Source: Thiosocius teredinicola
Lineage (GTDB): Bacteria > Pseudomonadota > Gammaproteobacteria > Chromatiales > Chromatiaceae
Assembly (NCBI RefSeq): GCF_002009425.1
Contig: NZ_CP019936.1
Coordinates: 1,721,297-1,785,296 of the forward strand
Reading direction: 5' to 3'
Length of the DNA: 64,000 bases
The notes under the pieces are model-generated. The model saw only the letters and a program-made list of their open reading frames with translations, did no database searches and was not told the DNA's origin. A program made the translations under genes and the position numbers. Position 1 is the stretch's first letter, and the number at the start of each line of letters is the position of its first letter. Below are positions 1 through 8,622 of the stretch, one piece after another.

Positions 1-896
1 TCGACCGTCTGCGCACTGGCGTCGCCGCCGAGTGAACTGGCAACGCCTTCGTTGACATGCAGCTTCATGTAACTGGTCTGTTCGCCAGGCGATACCGGGT
101 CGGAGTGGATATACGCCTCGCGGTGAAACTTGTCGAACGTGATCTTGCGGCCGTACAACGTCGGCTTGGTCACTACGCCGGCGTCGGATTCGCGCATGGC
201 GACCGAGAGTTTCTCATCGAGACTCTCGGCATCGACCGGATGACTGAACTGCAGGGTGGCGACGGTCTTGCGGATTTTCTTGTCCGCCGGATCTTGGTAG
301 AAGCGGAAGTTTTTCAGCTTGACCGTCATCGACGGCGTGCTGAATACGGCGCCGGGCTGCGTGAGTTCGACATGCGGTGCGAAAATGGAAGGCGCGAAAT
401 CGACGGTGTAGTCCTGGTTGGGAGCCCAGTCGTTTTTCGGCTGAAAACGCAGGGTGTTCGCGTCGAGCCATTCCCAGGTGCCGGGTACGGCCGGTTTCAT
501 CGTGACACCGTTTTTTACGGTCTCTCCGATCAGATCCAACTGGGCAACATCGGGCGCGCCTTCCGGATACTGTGCACGCAGTACATCGGTGGACAACACG
601 GCGTTGAATCGAATGATCAGCGGCTGCGGTTGCAACTCATCATTGACGACAGGGGTGACACGCGGACTTTCAGCGGCGGCGACGTAGCGCAGGGGTTCGG
701 GCAGGGTCTGGTAATAGAAATAGGCGGCGCCGCCGGCAATGCCGATCAGCAGCAATACGAGCACGGATCGATTGAATGTCGCGCTGTGATCGCGGCGCCA
801 AACCGTCATCGGACGCAACCAGGGCGGCGCTTGCCAACTCAGGCTTCCGAAGATCAAAGCCAGTAGTTTGCCGATTGCCCGGAAGATGAAACCCAT
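1..896 (-). CDS. hypothetical membrane-anchored protein (N-terminal TM helix, large soluble domain); C-terminus runs off window start
   Basis: Minus-strand frame open from ATG (~894-896) to position 1, antisense to listed ORF 57..866. N-terminus MGFIFRAIGKLLALIFGSLSW is a hydrophobic anchor. No family recognised by eye. Confidence 0.45.
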   Translation of the reverse strand, partial: MGFIFRAIGKLLALIFGSLSWQAPPWLRPMTVWRRDHSATFNRSVLVLLLIGIAGGAAYFYYQTLPEPLRYVAAAESPRVTPVVNDELQPQPLIIRFNAVLSTDVLRAQYPEGAPDVAQLDLIGETVKNGVTMKPAVPGTWEWLDANTLRFQPKNDWAPNQDYTVDFAPSIFAPHVELTQPGAVFSTPSMTVKLKNFRFYQDPADKKIRKTVATLQFSHPVDAESLDEKLSVAMRESDAGVVTKPTLYGRKITFDKFHREAYIHSDPVSPGEQTSYMKLHVNEGVASSLGGDASAQTV

Positions 897-1619
897 GCGA
901 CGTTCCTTGTAGTTGGTGTCCGAAAACGACGCGCAAGTATAGGCCGTTTGCTGCTGCGGTTCATGTGCAAATTGTGGCGAAACACTGGCGATTTGATGGA
1001 CCCGTTCGCTTGGCGAACACGACGCCGATTTCGTGACTGCTGATCCATAGCGTGCGATTCAAGGTCGTGCAGCATGCCTAGTTGAACAACTGCTAAACCA
1101 TGCGTCGTTACAGCGAATGGAATGCATTGATGTTCTTGTCAGGCGCGTGCCGTTGGTGGCGGGTGTCGTCTGAAATTCGGATGATTTCCGATAGCGGTTG
1201 GAGGGCATCGAGCCGTCGTTCGGTGAGAACTTGGGGATGGCTTTTGTAAAGGCACGATGTTCGGCTTTATTTTGAACTGCTTCTCAAATCTGAAAATCGG
1301 TGCGCGAGGGATAGTCGTTAAATGCCTGATTTAAGGAAGCTTTTGGTGAGTTGTGGGAATCAAGGGCTGACTTCTGCGATAAAAAATCGTTATATTAGGC
1401 AATGTTAAAGTAATGCCCTGCAGGGTCGATAGCTGAAGCCGGCCGAAACCCACCGCCATGGCATTGCGACGGTTGCTCGTCACGAGCGCTTACCGAGAGG
1501 AAGTCTGAGCTTGGTGCACGCGTCGTGCTACGCCAATGGTTGGTTGGGACACTCCTCTTAGTAGGTGCATTGGAGGCCCGAAACTTTTCCCGACTCCAAG
1601 ACAGAGACAACACAACGAA

Positions 1620-2444
1620 ATGAACATACGAACAAGACTGCTAGCCATCTTTTTTCTCATGGGTGCCGTGATCCTGGCGTACGCGCTCGCGGTGAGCTCA
1701 CTGAGCAATCGCCAGGTACAACTGGTTGACGAAACCCTGCTCAAGAACAGCCAGGCGCATGCACTGGCGAACTCGCTGATGATCCAGCTGCAGAAAACCC
1801 GTCGCTACGAGAAGGAATACTTCATCTACGTCGGTCATACCGCGAAGAAAGCCAAGTACATCGGCGAATGGACCGAGTCGATGAACAAGGTCGACGTCAT
1901 GATCAAAGCGATGATCGACGATGCGGACGGTTTGTTCGACGACAATGATGCGATCGAATTCATCGAGTGGCAGAAAGCGATCGCGTTCTATCGCAGCGAG
2001 TTCGAGAAGATCATCGAGCGTTATGCCGGGCTGAACGAGGTCGGCGAACTGGCAGCGGTTGCCTCGACCCAGCACACCGTGGATGCAAACACGCAGATCG
2101 CCGATGGCAAGAATCGACTCAAGCTGGTGTTTTCAGGGCTGGATACGCTGGAGGCGAAGAAAGATACCGAACTTGTTGCGACGCGCGCCAGCGTGCAGGA
2201 CAGCGCCGACATGATCGCCTATCTCACTTACGGCGCCGGCCTGCTTGTACTGGTGACGATGCTGATCGGCGTGATGACGCTGGATCGCTCGTTCATGGGC
2301 AAGTTCCGCAAGATCATCGATCAGACGCGCTCGATGCGCGATGGCGATATGGGCGTGCATTTCCAGAAGACCGGCATCAACGAGCTCGATGAACTAAGCG
2401 CCTCGCTGGAGATCATCAAGACCAAGTTGCTGCGTCGTAGCTGA
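1620..2444 (+). CDS. chemoreceptor-like membrane sensor: TM1, periplasmic helical ligand-binding-like domain, TM2 and a HAMP linker, with no output domain
   Basis: Internal ATG at MNIRTRLL of ORF 1536..2444 gives a TM helix (LLAIFFLMGAVILAYALAV). A ~190-aa periplasmic helical segment and a second TM (LTYGAGLLVLVTMLIGVMTL) follow. A HAMP-like segment (DRSFMGKFRKII..INELDELSASLEIIK) precedes the stop, and a hairpin terminator follows. Confidence 0.6.
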   Translation: MNIRTRLLAIFFLMGAVILAYALAVSSLSNRQVQLVDETLLKNSQAHALANSLMIQLQKTRRYEKEYFIYVGHTAKKAKYIGEWTESMNKVDVMIKAMIDDADGLFDDNDAIEFIEWQKAIAFYRSEFEKIIERYAGLNEVGELAAVASTQHTVDANTQIADGKNRLKLVFSGLDTLEAKKDTELVATRASVQDSADMIAYLTYGAGLLVLVTMLIGVMTLDRSFMGKFRKIIDQTRSMRDGDMGVHFQKTGINELDELSASLEIIKTKLLRRS

Positions 2445-2470
2445 TAACGTCATAGCAAAACCCAAAGAAA

Positions 2471-2511
2471 CCCACCGGCGAGGCCGATCAGCGCCTGCCG
2501 GTGGGTTTTTT
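2471..2511. terminator. bidirectional rho-independent terminator between the sensor gene and the convergent GNAT gene
   Basis: cccaccggc ... gccggtggg 9-bp stem followed by a tttttt run. An A-run lies on the opposite side. Confidence 0.7.
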
Positions 2512-2530
2512 GTTGCCCGGTCGCGGCAGC

Positions 2531-2989
2531 TTACTCGCCAGCGATGGCGATGCGAAGACTGTAGCCGTGTTTGTCGAATCCGAGTTTGTCGTAGAAGGCA
2601 TGCGCTCGCTCGCGCTTGAGATTGGACGACAAGGTCATCTTGTAGCAGCCCGCTGCGCCACACAGACGCATCGCCTCCTCGATCATCGCCGTACCGATGC
2701 CGAGCCCCTGTTGCTCGGGGGTAACCACGATATCTTCCAGCACGCCTGAAGGCGTCCCGCAGTGACCGAGGTTCGGCATGATCATCAGGGCAAAGGTGCC
2801 GACGATCTGCTGTTCGTGAACGGCGACATACAAACCGTAGCCGGGTAGGGCGTTGATCTGGTTGAAGACAGCCTGCGCAGCCGGGAGCGTCAGCACCTTG
2901 CCGTCGTCCAATTCGGGTTGGCTGTACAGATCCAGGATGGACGGAAGATCGGCTTCGGTGGCGGCTCTGAAGGAGATGTCGATCATCAC
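2531..2989 (-). CDS. phnO: GNAT-family N-acetyltransferase, PhnO-like (aminoalkylphosphonate N-acetyltransferase)
   Basis: 152-aa GNAT. C-terminal LSSNLKRERAHAFYDKLGF closely resembles E. coli PhnO (LSTNVKRHDAHRFYLREGY). It sits beside the phn cluster. Confidence 0.65.
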   Translation of the reverse strand: MMIDISFRAATEADLPSILDLYSQPELDDGKVLTLPAAQAVFNQINALPGYGLYVAVHEQQIVGTFALMIMPNLGHCGTPSGVLEDIVVTPEQQGLGIGTAMIEEAMRLCGAAGCYKMTLSSNLKRERAHAFYDKLGFDKHGYSLRIAIAGE

Positions 2990-3085
2990 CGTGTCAACCT
3001 GATGAATTTAGAACCCGATCGCATGATCTACGGTGCAATGCCGAAAAGCCATAGGCGAAACCACTCGAGCAACATAATGTTGTCA

Positions 3086-3101
3086 TTGTCAGCCATGACA
3101 A
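3086..3101. promoter_or_regulatory. perfect palindrome TTGTCA-gcca-TGACAA, preceded by an extra TTGTCA half-site, in the divergent promoter region between phnO-like and the HD gene
   Basis: Sequence ttgtcattgtcagccatgacaa read directly. It lies 35 nt upstream of the HD-gene ATG. Confidence 0.35.
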
Positions 3102-3134
3102 TTCAGCGACAATCAATCGCCGAGACAAACCACG

Positions 3135-3707
3135 ATGCCGATGCGCGACCCCGTTGCCGAGATTCTTCACCTGTTCGAGCGCCACGGACAGGGCCACTAT
3201 GGCGAAGCCGTGACCCAGACGCAGCACGCGGTGCAAGCCGGCGCGCTGGCGATTGCCGAAGGGCATCCCGATGATGTCGTGATCGGCGCTTTCCTGCACG
3301 ACATCGGGCATCTGATGGTCAACGAGGTGCCGGAGGCGCAACGTGATGCAGCCATCTACCGTCATCAGCAGATCGGTGCAGACCTGTTACGTGAGCTGGG
3401 GTTCTCAGAACTCGTGATCGATCTGGTGGCGACCCACGTCGACAGCAAGCGCTATCTGACTGCGGTCGATCCAGACTATCTGGCGACTTTGTCTCCCGCC
3501 AGCGTCGAGAGCCTGGCGTTCCAGGGCGGGCCGATGAGTGCAGATGAAGTGAGCGAGTTTCAAGCCCGTCCGGATATGTACCTGCACGTTCGATTGCGCC
3601 ATTGGGACGACCTGGCCAAAGATCCGCACAACGACAAAGTCGACATCGCACCTTTCGTGTCGCGCATGCGGGACCATTTTCGAGGTCAAGCCGGCGCGGC
3701 AGATTGA
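3135..3707 (+). CDS. HD-domain protein of the PhnZ family (mixed-valent di-iron oxygenase-like phosphonate C-P cleaving enzyme homolog)
   Basis: 190 aa. Motifs HYGEAVTQTQHAVQAG...FLHDIGH match the PhnZ pattern YIGEAITQLEHSLQ...LLHDLGH. It has the same length as PhnZ and sits inside the phn locus, convergent with phnP. Confidence 0.7.
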   Translation: MPMRDPVAEILHLFERHGQGHYGEAVTQTQHAVQAGALAIAEGHPDDVVIGAFLHDIGHLMVNEVPEAQRDAAIYRHQQIGADLLRELGFSELVIDLVATHVDSKRYLTAVDPDYLATLSPASVESLAFQGGPMSADEVSEFQARPDMYLHVRLRHWDDLAKDPHNDKVDIAPFVSRMRDHFRGQAGAAD

Positions 3708-3734
3708 TCGCAACCTGACGGTAGCGATTGGGCG

Positions 3735-4490
3735 TCAGATCTCTATCACCAGACCATCGTAAGCAACCGTTACCTCGTCGGGTAGCCGATGGTCGTGCTC
3801 CATCAGCCAGCTATCCAGTTCGTGCCCGATATGTGTGAGCAGATTGCGTGGTGACTTCAGCGACTCGATGGTGGCCAATGCGCGTGTCAGATCGTTGTGA
3901 TTGCGCGGGGCGGCGTCGCGCGGCGGAAAGCTGCAGTCGATGATCACTGCAGCGAGCGTTTGATCTTGTAATCGTTCTGCCGTAGCGTCAGGTAGACCGA
4001 CGGTGTCACAGAGATAAGCGACCGTTAGTCCGGCATGTTCGATCAGGTAGCCGAATGTCGGTTTCGAGTGTGTCAATGGCAAGGGTGTCAACCTGACCTC
4101 GCCGACAGTGAAAGGCTCGAATGCCGTTGCCTTGTTTCCGAAATCGAGAATACCGGGGTGTTTGAGCAGATCGCCGCAGCCCTCCGGGTCGTCCGGTCCG
4201 ATCACCGGGACGTGCTTGCCGGTTCCCCAGCGGATCCGGAACAGGCCCTGCACGTGGTCGGTATGGTAGTGGGTGAGCACCACCTTGGTCACACGATCCA
4301 TGAAGGGCTGGGTTGCCAGTTCGGGCAAGCCGGCATCGAGCAGAATCACGCTGTCGTCGGCCTCGATCAGCAGACAGGCAGAGTGGCGCCTGTAGGCCGC
4401 CGAGAGCGTCGCACGTTCACAGGCCGGACAGTCGCAGCCGAACAGCGGTACGCCGCCGGCGTTGCCACTGCCGAGAAACGTCAGCTTCAT
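3735..4490 (-). CDS. phnP: phosphoribosyl 1,2-cyclic phosphate phosphodiesterase PhnP (metallo-beta-lactamase fold)
   Basis: MKLTFLGSGNAGGVP..CDCPAC..HYHTDH motifs. Start taken at the internal ATG, because the upstream Arg/Pro-rich extension of ORF 3735..4784 is a GC artefact. ATGA overlap with phnN. Confidence 0.85.
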   Translation of the reverse strand: MKLTFLGSGNAGGVPLFGCDCPACERATLSAAYRRHSACLLIEADDSVILLDAGLPELATQPFMDRVTKVVLTHYHTDHVQGLFRIRWGTGKHVPVIGPDDPEGCGDLLKHPGILDFGNKATAFEPFTVGEVRLTPLPLTHSKPTFGYLIEHAGLTVAYLCDTVGLPDATAERLQDQTLAAVIIDCSFPPRDAAPRNHNDLTRALATIESLKSPRNLLTHIGHELDSWLMEHDHRLPDEVTVAYDGLVIEI

Positions 4491-5095
4491 TGCTCGTCTT
4501 CCGACAGCAGCCTTATCACTTGCTGGCCCGCCCGCTGCAGGCTGCCGTTGTTGTCGATGCATGTCAGGCGCGTGTGGTCGACCAATGCATCGCGCTCGCT
4601 GGCCAACAGCAGGCGTCGTTCGACCTCCACCCGGGTTTCCCGGCCGCGTGCGGTGAGTCGTTGTCGCAGGATCTCCGGGTCGGTCCTGATCAAAATTGGA
4701 TGAAGGTTCGGGAAAAGTGCTGCCGCCTTGTCGAGGTAGGTGCGAGAGCCATTGACAACGGCATGCATGCCGCGCTGCATCCATTCCTTGATCTCGATGC
4801 CGACGCCATACGAGAGACCATGGCTGCGCCAGTGCATGGCAAAGCAGCCTGCTTGCAGCCGACGGGCGAATTCGTCGGGAGTGAGCGCGACATGGTTCTC
4901 ACCACCGGCATCCGCAGGCCGGGTGATATAGCGATGGGCGAACAGCACGGATGCAGCCGTCGGCAGGTTGTCGCGCGCATAGCGCATGATACTGTCCTTG
5001 CCTGCACCAGACGCACCGATGATATAGAACAGTTTCGCGCCCACCAGAATATCGGTGCGTCTCAGGGTCAGACGACGCGTGTGCCCTGGCGCCAT
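4487..5095 (-). CDS. phnN: ribose 1,5-bisphosphate phosphokinase PhnN
   Basis: P-loop GASGAGKDS aligns with E. coli PhnN GPSGSGKDS. An alternative GTG start at ~5044 gives an MGAKLFYIIG N-terminus closer to the homolog. Confidence 0.85.
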   Translation of the reverse strand: MAPGHTRRLTLRRTDILVGAKLFYIIGASGAGKDSIMRYARDNLPTAASVLFAHRYITRPADAGGENHVALTPDEFARRLQAGCFAMHWRSHGLSYGVGIEIKEWMQRGMHAVVNGSRTYLDKAAALFPNLHPILIRTDPEILRQRLTARGRETRVEVERRLLLASERDALVDHTRLTCIDNNGSLQRAGQQVIRLLSEDEQ

Positions 5096-6213
5096 ACCTG
5101 TCTCACTACCGGCACATCATCCACGCAACGCACACGTATCAGGTCTGCCCGCTTGTCCACGGCGATGCTGCCGCGGTCGTGCAGGCCGGCGGCGTCCGCG
5201 GGGTTCAGATTGACCATGGCCACGGCTTCCGGCAGTTGGATGTGATCGATGTGCTGTGCAAGGACGAACGCGGCGTGCAGCAGGCTGTTCGGTACGTAGT
5301 CTGACGACAGGGTATCCAGCAGACCCTGTTGCGCGAGTTCACGTGCCGATACATTGCCCGAGTGCGAAAAGCCGCGCACGACATTCGGTGCGCCCATCAA
5401 CACGTGCAGGCCGTGGTGGCGTGACGCGTTGGCTGCGCCCACGGTTGTCGGGAACTCGGCGATACTCATGCCGTCGGCAACCGCTTCTTCGACATGCTCG
5501 ATCGTCGCATCGTCGTGACTGGCCAGAGACAGGCCGCGTTCGCGGCACATCTCTGCAATGGCCGCGCGATGATGGCGGCCGAGACGCAGGCTGGTCTCGG
5601 TCTGACGCTGGATCTGCGCCTCCATCTCCTCATCGCTCAGCTTGTACTTGCCCTGGTAGTACTCGCGGTACTTGTTGATGTCGGCGAACTGCCGCTGGCC
5701 GGGCGAGTGGTCCATGACCGATACCAGCTTGACGAGCGGGTCGTCGACGATCGACGTGAAGTTTTCCAATGTCGGCTCATAGGTGACCTCGCAGCGTATA
5801 TGCAGCAGGTGCTCGGCGCGCGTGAGATCGGACGCATGTGCCTGGCGAACGGCCTCGGTCATGTGCCTGAAGCGTTGGATGCGAGATGAACCCTGGATTA
5901 CGTCGCCTGTCGCCACGGCATTGAACACGGTGGTGATACCGGCGCTGGCAACCGCCGCATCGTGGGCAAAGATCGCCGGCATCGCCGGCCAGCTCACGGT
6001 CGGACGCGGGCTGAAGTGCTTTTCGAGATTGTCGGTGTGCAGTTCGATCAAACCGGCGATCAGGTAGTCGCCGTCGAGGTCAACAACGCTGGGCAGCTGA
6101 CTGTGACCCTCATCGACCGCCTTAATTTTGCCGTCGTGCAGGCAGACCGTACCTTTGATGACGCAGTCCGGCATCACGATCTGTGCGTTGCTGAGAACTG
6201 TCTCGCTGTTCAT
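5068..6213 (-). CDS. phnM: alpha-D-ribose 1-methylphosphonate 5-triphosphate diphosphatase PhnM (amidohydrolase)
   Basis: Amidohydrolase with DLHTDNLEKH and SHDD motifs. Position between phnL and phnN. Confidence 0.9.
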   Translation of the reverse strand: MNSETVLSNAQIVMPDCVIKGTVCLHDGKIKAVDEGHSQLPSVVDLDGDYLIAGLIELHTDNLEKHFSPRPTVSWPAMPAIFAHDAAVASAGITTVFNAVATGDVIQGSSRIQRFRHMTEAVRQAHASDLTRAEHLLHIRCEVTYEPTLENFTSIVDDPLVKLVSVMDHSPGQRQFADINKYREYYQGKYKLSDEEMEAQIQRQTETSLRLGRHHRAAIAEMCRERGLSLASHDDATIEHVEEAVADGMSIAEFPTTVGAANASRHHGLHVLMGAPNVVRGFSHSGNVSARELAQQGLLDTLSSDYVPNSLLHAAFVLAQHIDHIQLPEAVAMVNLNPADAAGLHDRGSIAVDKRADLIRVRCVDDVPVVRQVWRQGTRVV

Positions 6214-6932
6214 GCGGCCATACTCCGTAGTTCGCCGGTACCCATATCCAGTCGGTGCGTACCGACGTTTTCGCGCACTTCGGCGTCGTGGAAAATACCG
6301 ATCAGGGCTGCGCCGCGTTGCATCGCAGCGTGCATCAGGTCGATCACGACCTGGCGGTTGGCGGCGTCGAGCGACGCAGTCGGTTCATCGAGCAGCAGGA
6401 TCGGATAATCGGCGACGAAACAATGCGCGATGTTGACGCGCTGTTGTTCGCCGCCGGAAAAGGTGCTTGGTGCAAGCGACCACAGACGCCGCGGGATGTT
6501 GAGTCGGTCGAGATAGGTCTCTGCCTGTTCCCGGGCTTCATTGGCCGGTACGCCTTGGCGGCGCAGTGGCTCGGCGACGATATCCAGGGTGCTGACTCGG
6601 GGGATGACCCGCAGGAACTGACTGACATAACCCAGGGTTCGCCGCCGGATGTCGAGTATCTGGTGCGACGCAGCCGTCACCATGTCGACCCATGCCTCAT
6701 CGTGACGCACCAACACCTGACCCGATTGCGGGAGATAGTTGGCGTATAGCGAACGCAGCAGGGTGCTCTTGCCGGTGCCGGATTGACCGTGCAGCACGAT
6801 GCATTGACCGCGTTCGATGCTGAACGACACGTCGTCAAGCACATCGAGACGGATGCCGCCCTGGTTGTGCAGGGTGAAGTGTTTGTGCAGGTCTCGTGCT
6901 TCGAGCATCATCGAGTCCATCGGCGACCTCAT
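6210..6932 (-). CDS. phnL: C-P lyase system ATP-binding protein PhnL
   Basis: ABC ATPase motifs GQSGTGKST and LLLDEPTASLD. Follows phnK in operon order. Confidence 0.9.
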   Translation of the reverse strand: MRSPMDSMMLEARDLHKHFTLHNQGGIRLDVLDDVSFSIERGQCIVLHGQSGTGKSTLLRSLYANYLPQSGQVLVRHDEAWVDMVTAASHQILDIRRRTLGYVSQFLRVIPRVSTLDIVAEPLRRQGVPANEAREQAETYLDRLNIPRRLWSLAPSTFSGGEQQRVNIAHCFVADYPILLLDEPTASLDAANRQVVIDLMHAAMQRGAALIGIFHDAEVRENVGTHRLDMGTGELRSMAA

Positions 6933-7714
6933 GGTTGCAGTACCGATGAGACCAGCAACTGCGTATAAGCATGTTGCGGATCGTCCAGTACCTGGTCGGT
7001 CAGTCCCGTTTCCACGACTTCGCCACGGCGCATGACCATCAGGCGATGTGCCAGCAGGCGGGTTACGGCCAGATCGTGGGTGACGATAACGGCGGACAGT
7101 TGCAGATCGGTGACCAGGTTGCGCAACAGGTCGAGCAGGCGCGCTTGCACCGAAACGTCCAGGCCCCCGGTCGGCTCGTCCATGAACACCAGCCGCGGGG
7201 TGGTGACCAGGTTGCGCGCGATCTGTACCCGCTGTTGCATGCCGCCGGAGAAGTTCTTCGGCAGATCGTCGATGCGGGCGGCGTCGATCTCGACACGTCC
7301 GAGCCAGCGCTGTGCTTCGTTGCGAATCCCGCCGTAGTGCCGGGCGCCGACAGCCATCAAACGTTCGCCGACATTGGCGCCGGCGCTGACCCCCATGCGT
7401 AGCCCATCGCGCGGGTTTTGGTGCACGATGCCCCAGTCGGTGCGCATCAGCATGCGTCGCTGCGCCTCGGACATAGCAAACAGGCTCTGCATACCATCGT
7501 GGCGCGTGGCGTATTCGACACTGCCGCTACTTGGTGAGAGCTGGGCCGACAGGCAGTTGAGCAGCGTGCTTTTGCCGGAGCCCGATTCGCCGACGATTCC
7601 CAGGACCTCGCCCGGATGCAGTTCGAAGCTGACATCGCGACATCCCAGTTGTTCGCCGTAGTATTTGCTCAGCCGTGTGACGCGGAGTAACGGCTCGCGG
7701 GTGTTGCTGTTCAT
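6929..7714 (-). CDS. phnK: C-P lyase system ATP-binding protein PhnK
   Basis: ABC ATPase [19 protein letters not shown]-like signature and FMDEPTGGLD. Operon position after phnJ. Confidence 0.9.
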   Translation of the reverse strand: MNSNTREPLLRVTRLSKYYGEQLGCRDVSFELHPGEVLGIVGESGSGKSTLLNCLSAQLSPSSGSVEYATRHDGMQSLFAMSEAQRRMLMRTDWGIVHQNPRDGLRMGVSAGANVGERLMAVGARHYGGIRNEAQRWLGRVEIDAARIDDLPKNFSGGMQQRVQIARNLVTTPRLVFMDEPTGGLDVSVQARLLDLLRNLVTDLQLSAVIVTHDLAVTRLLAHRLMVMRRGEVVETGLTDQVLDDPQHAYTQLLVSSVLQP

Positions 7715-8622
7715 CGTTCGGATTCCGGGTGTGGGTATGCCGCCGGCGTGATGTCGTCACCGCTGAATCCCTGATCGCGGCGTTGTGCGCAGTACTGGGT
7801 ATCGGAACAGACGAACATGCGACCACCACGGTCGTCGGTGATGACCTCGTCGAGGTAGCTATGGTCGGAGCCGCACAGGGCGCAATGCTGCTGCCATGAC
7901 TGCACCTCGAAGGGATGGTCTTCGAAATCGAGGCTTCTGACCTCGGTAAACGGCGGAATGGCGTAGATGCGTTTCTCACGACCGGCGCCGAACAGTTGCA
8001 GTGCCGGGTTCATGTGCATCTTGGGGTTGTCGAACTTCGGAATCGGCGACGGCGACATGATGTAGCGGCCGTTGACCTGCACCGGGTAGTCGTAGCCGGT
8101 GGCGATGCGACCGAACTGGGTGATGTCTTCGTAGAGCTTCACGTGCATCACGCCGTACTCCTGCAAGGCGTGCATCTTGCGCGTTTCACTTTCACGCGGC
8201 TCGATCCAGCGTAGCGGCTCTGGGATCGGTACCTGGTAGACGAGGATCTGGCCATCCCGCAGCGGCACCTCGGGTATCCGGTGGCGCGTCTGGATCACGC
8301 TGGCCGCTGAGGTCTGCTCGGTGGTTGCAATGCCGGCGGTACGCGCGAAGAAGCGACGAATGCTGACCGCATTGGTCGTATCGTCTGCGCCCTGGTCGAT
8401 GACCTTCAGGGTGTCGTCGGCGCCGATCACGCTCGCGGTTACCTGAATGCCGCCGGTTCCCCATCCGTAGGGCAGAGGCATCTCGCGGCTGCCGAACGGC
8501 ACCTGATAACCCGGCACGGCGACGGCCTTGAGGATCGCGCGGCGGATCATGCGCTTCGTCTGCTCGTCGAGGTAGGCGAAGTTGTAGCCGTCCATCGGTG
8601 CGCTTGCGGCGGTGCCGTTCAT
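7711..8622 (-). CDS. phnJ: alpha-D-ribose 1-methylphosphonate 5-phosphate C-P lyase PhnJ
   Basis: Conserved PhnJ core GYQVPFGSREMP. C-terminal cysteine cluster CALCGS...CSDTQYC for the 4Fe-4S/radical SAM-like site. Confidence 0.92.
   Translation of the reverse strand: MNGTAASAPMDGYNFAYLDEQTKRMIRRAILKAVAVPGYQVPFGSREMPLPYGWGTGGIQVTASVIGADDTLKVIDQGADDTTNAVSIRRFFARTAGIATTEQTSAASVIQTRHRIPEVPLRDGQILVYQVPIPEPLRWIEPRESETRKMHALQEYGVMHVKLYEDITQFGRIATGYDYPVQVNGRYIMSPSPIPKFDNPKMHMNPALQLFGAGREKRIYAIPPFTEVRSLDFEDHPFEVQSWQQHCALCGSDHSYLDEVITDDRGGRMFVCSDTQYCAQRRDQGFSGDDITPAAYPHPESER

Noticed and set aside
57-866. 269-aa plus-strand ORF at window start
   Set aside because: Low-complexity Arg/Gly-rich translation. 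The opposite strand encodes a more protein-like product with a TM anchor running off the window edge.
3735-4784. N-terminal ~98-aa extensions on phnP (and similarly on ahcY, suhB, hupR and the SIS protein ORFs)
   Set aside because: The extensions are Arg/Pro/Gly-rich with no homology. Internal ATG/GTG starts coincide with conserved N-termini and with 4-nt overlaps to upstream genes.
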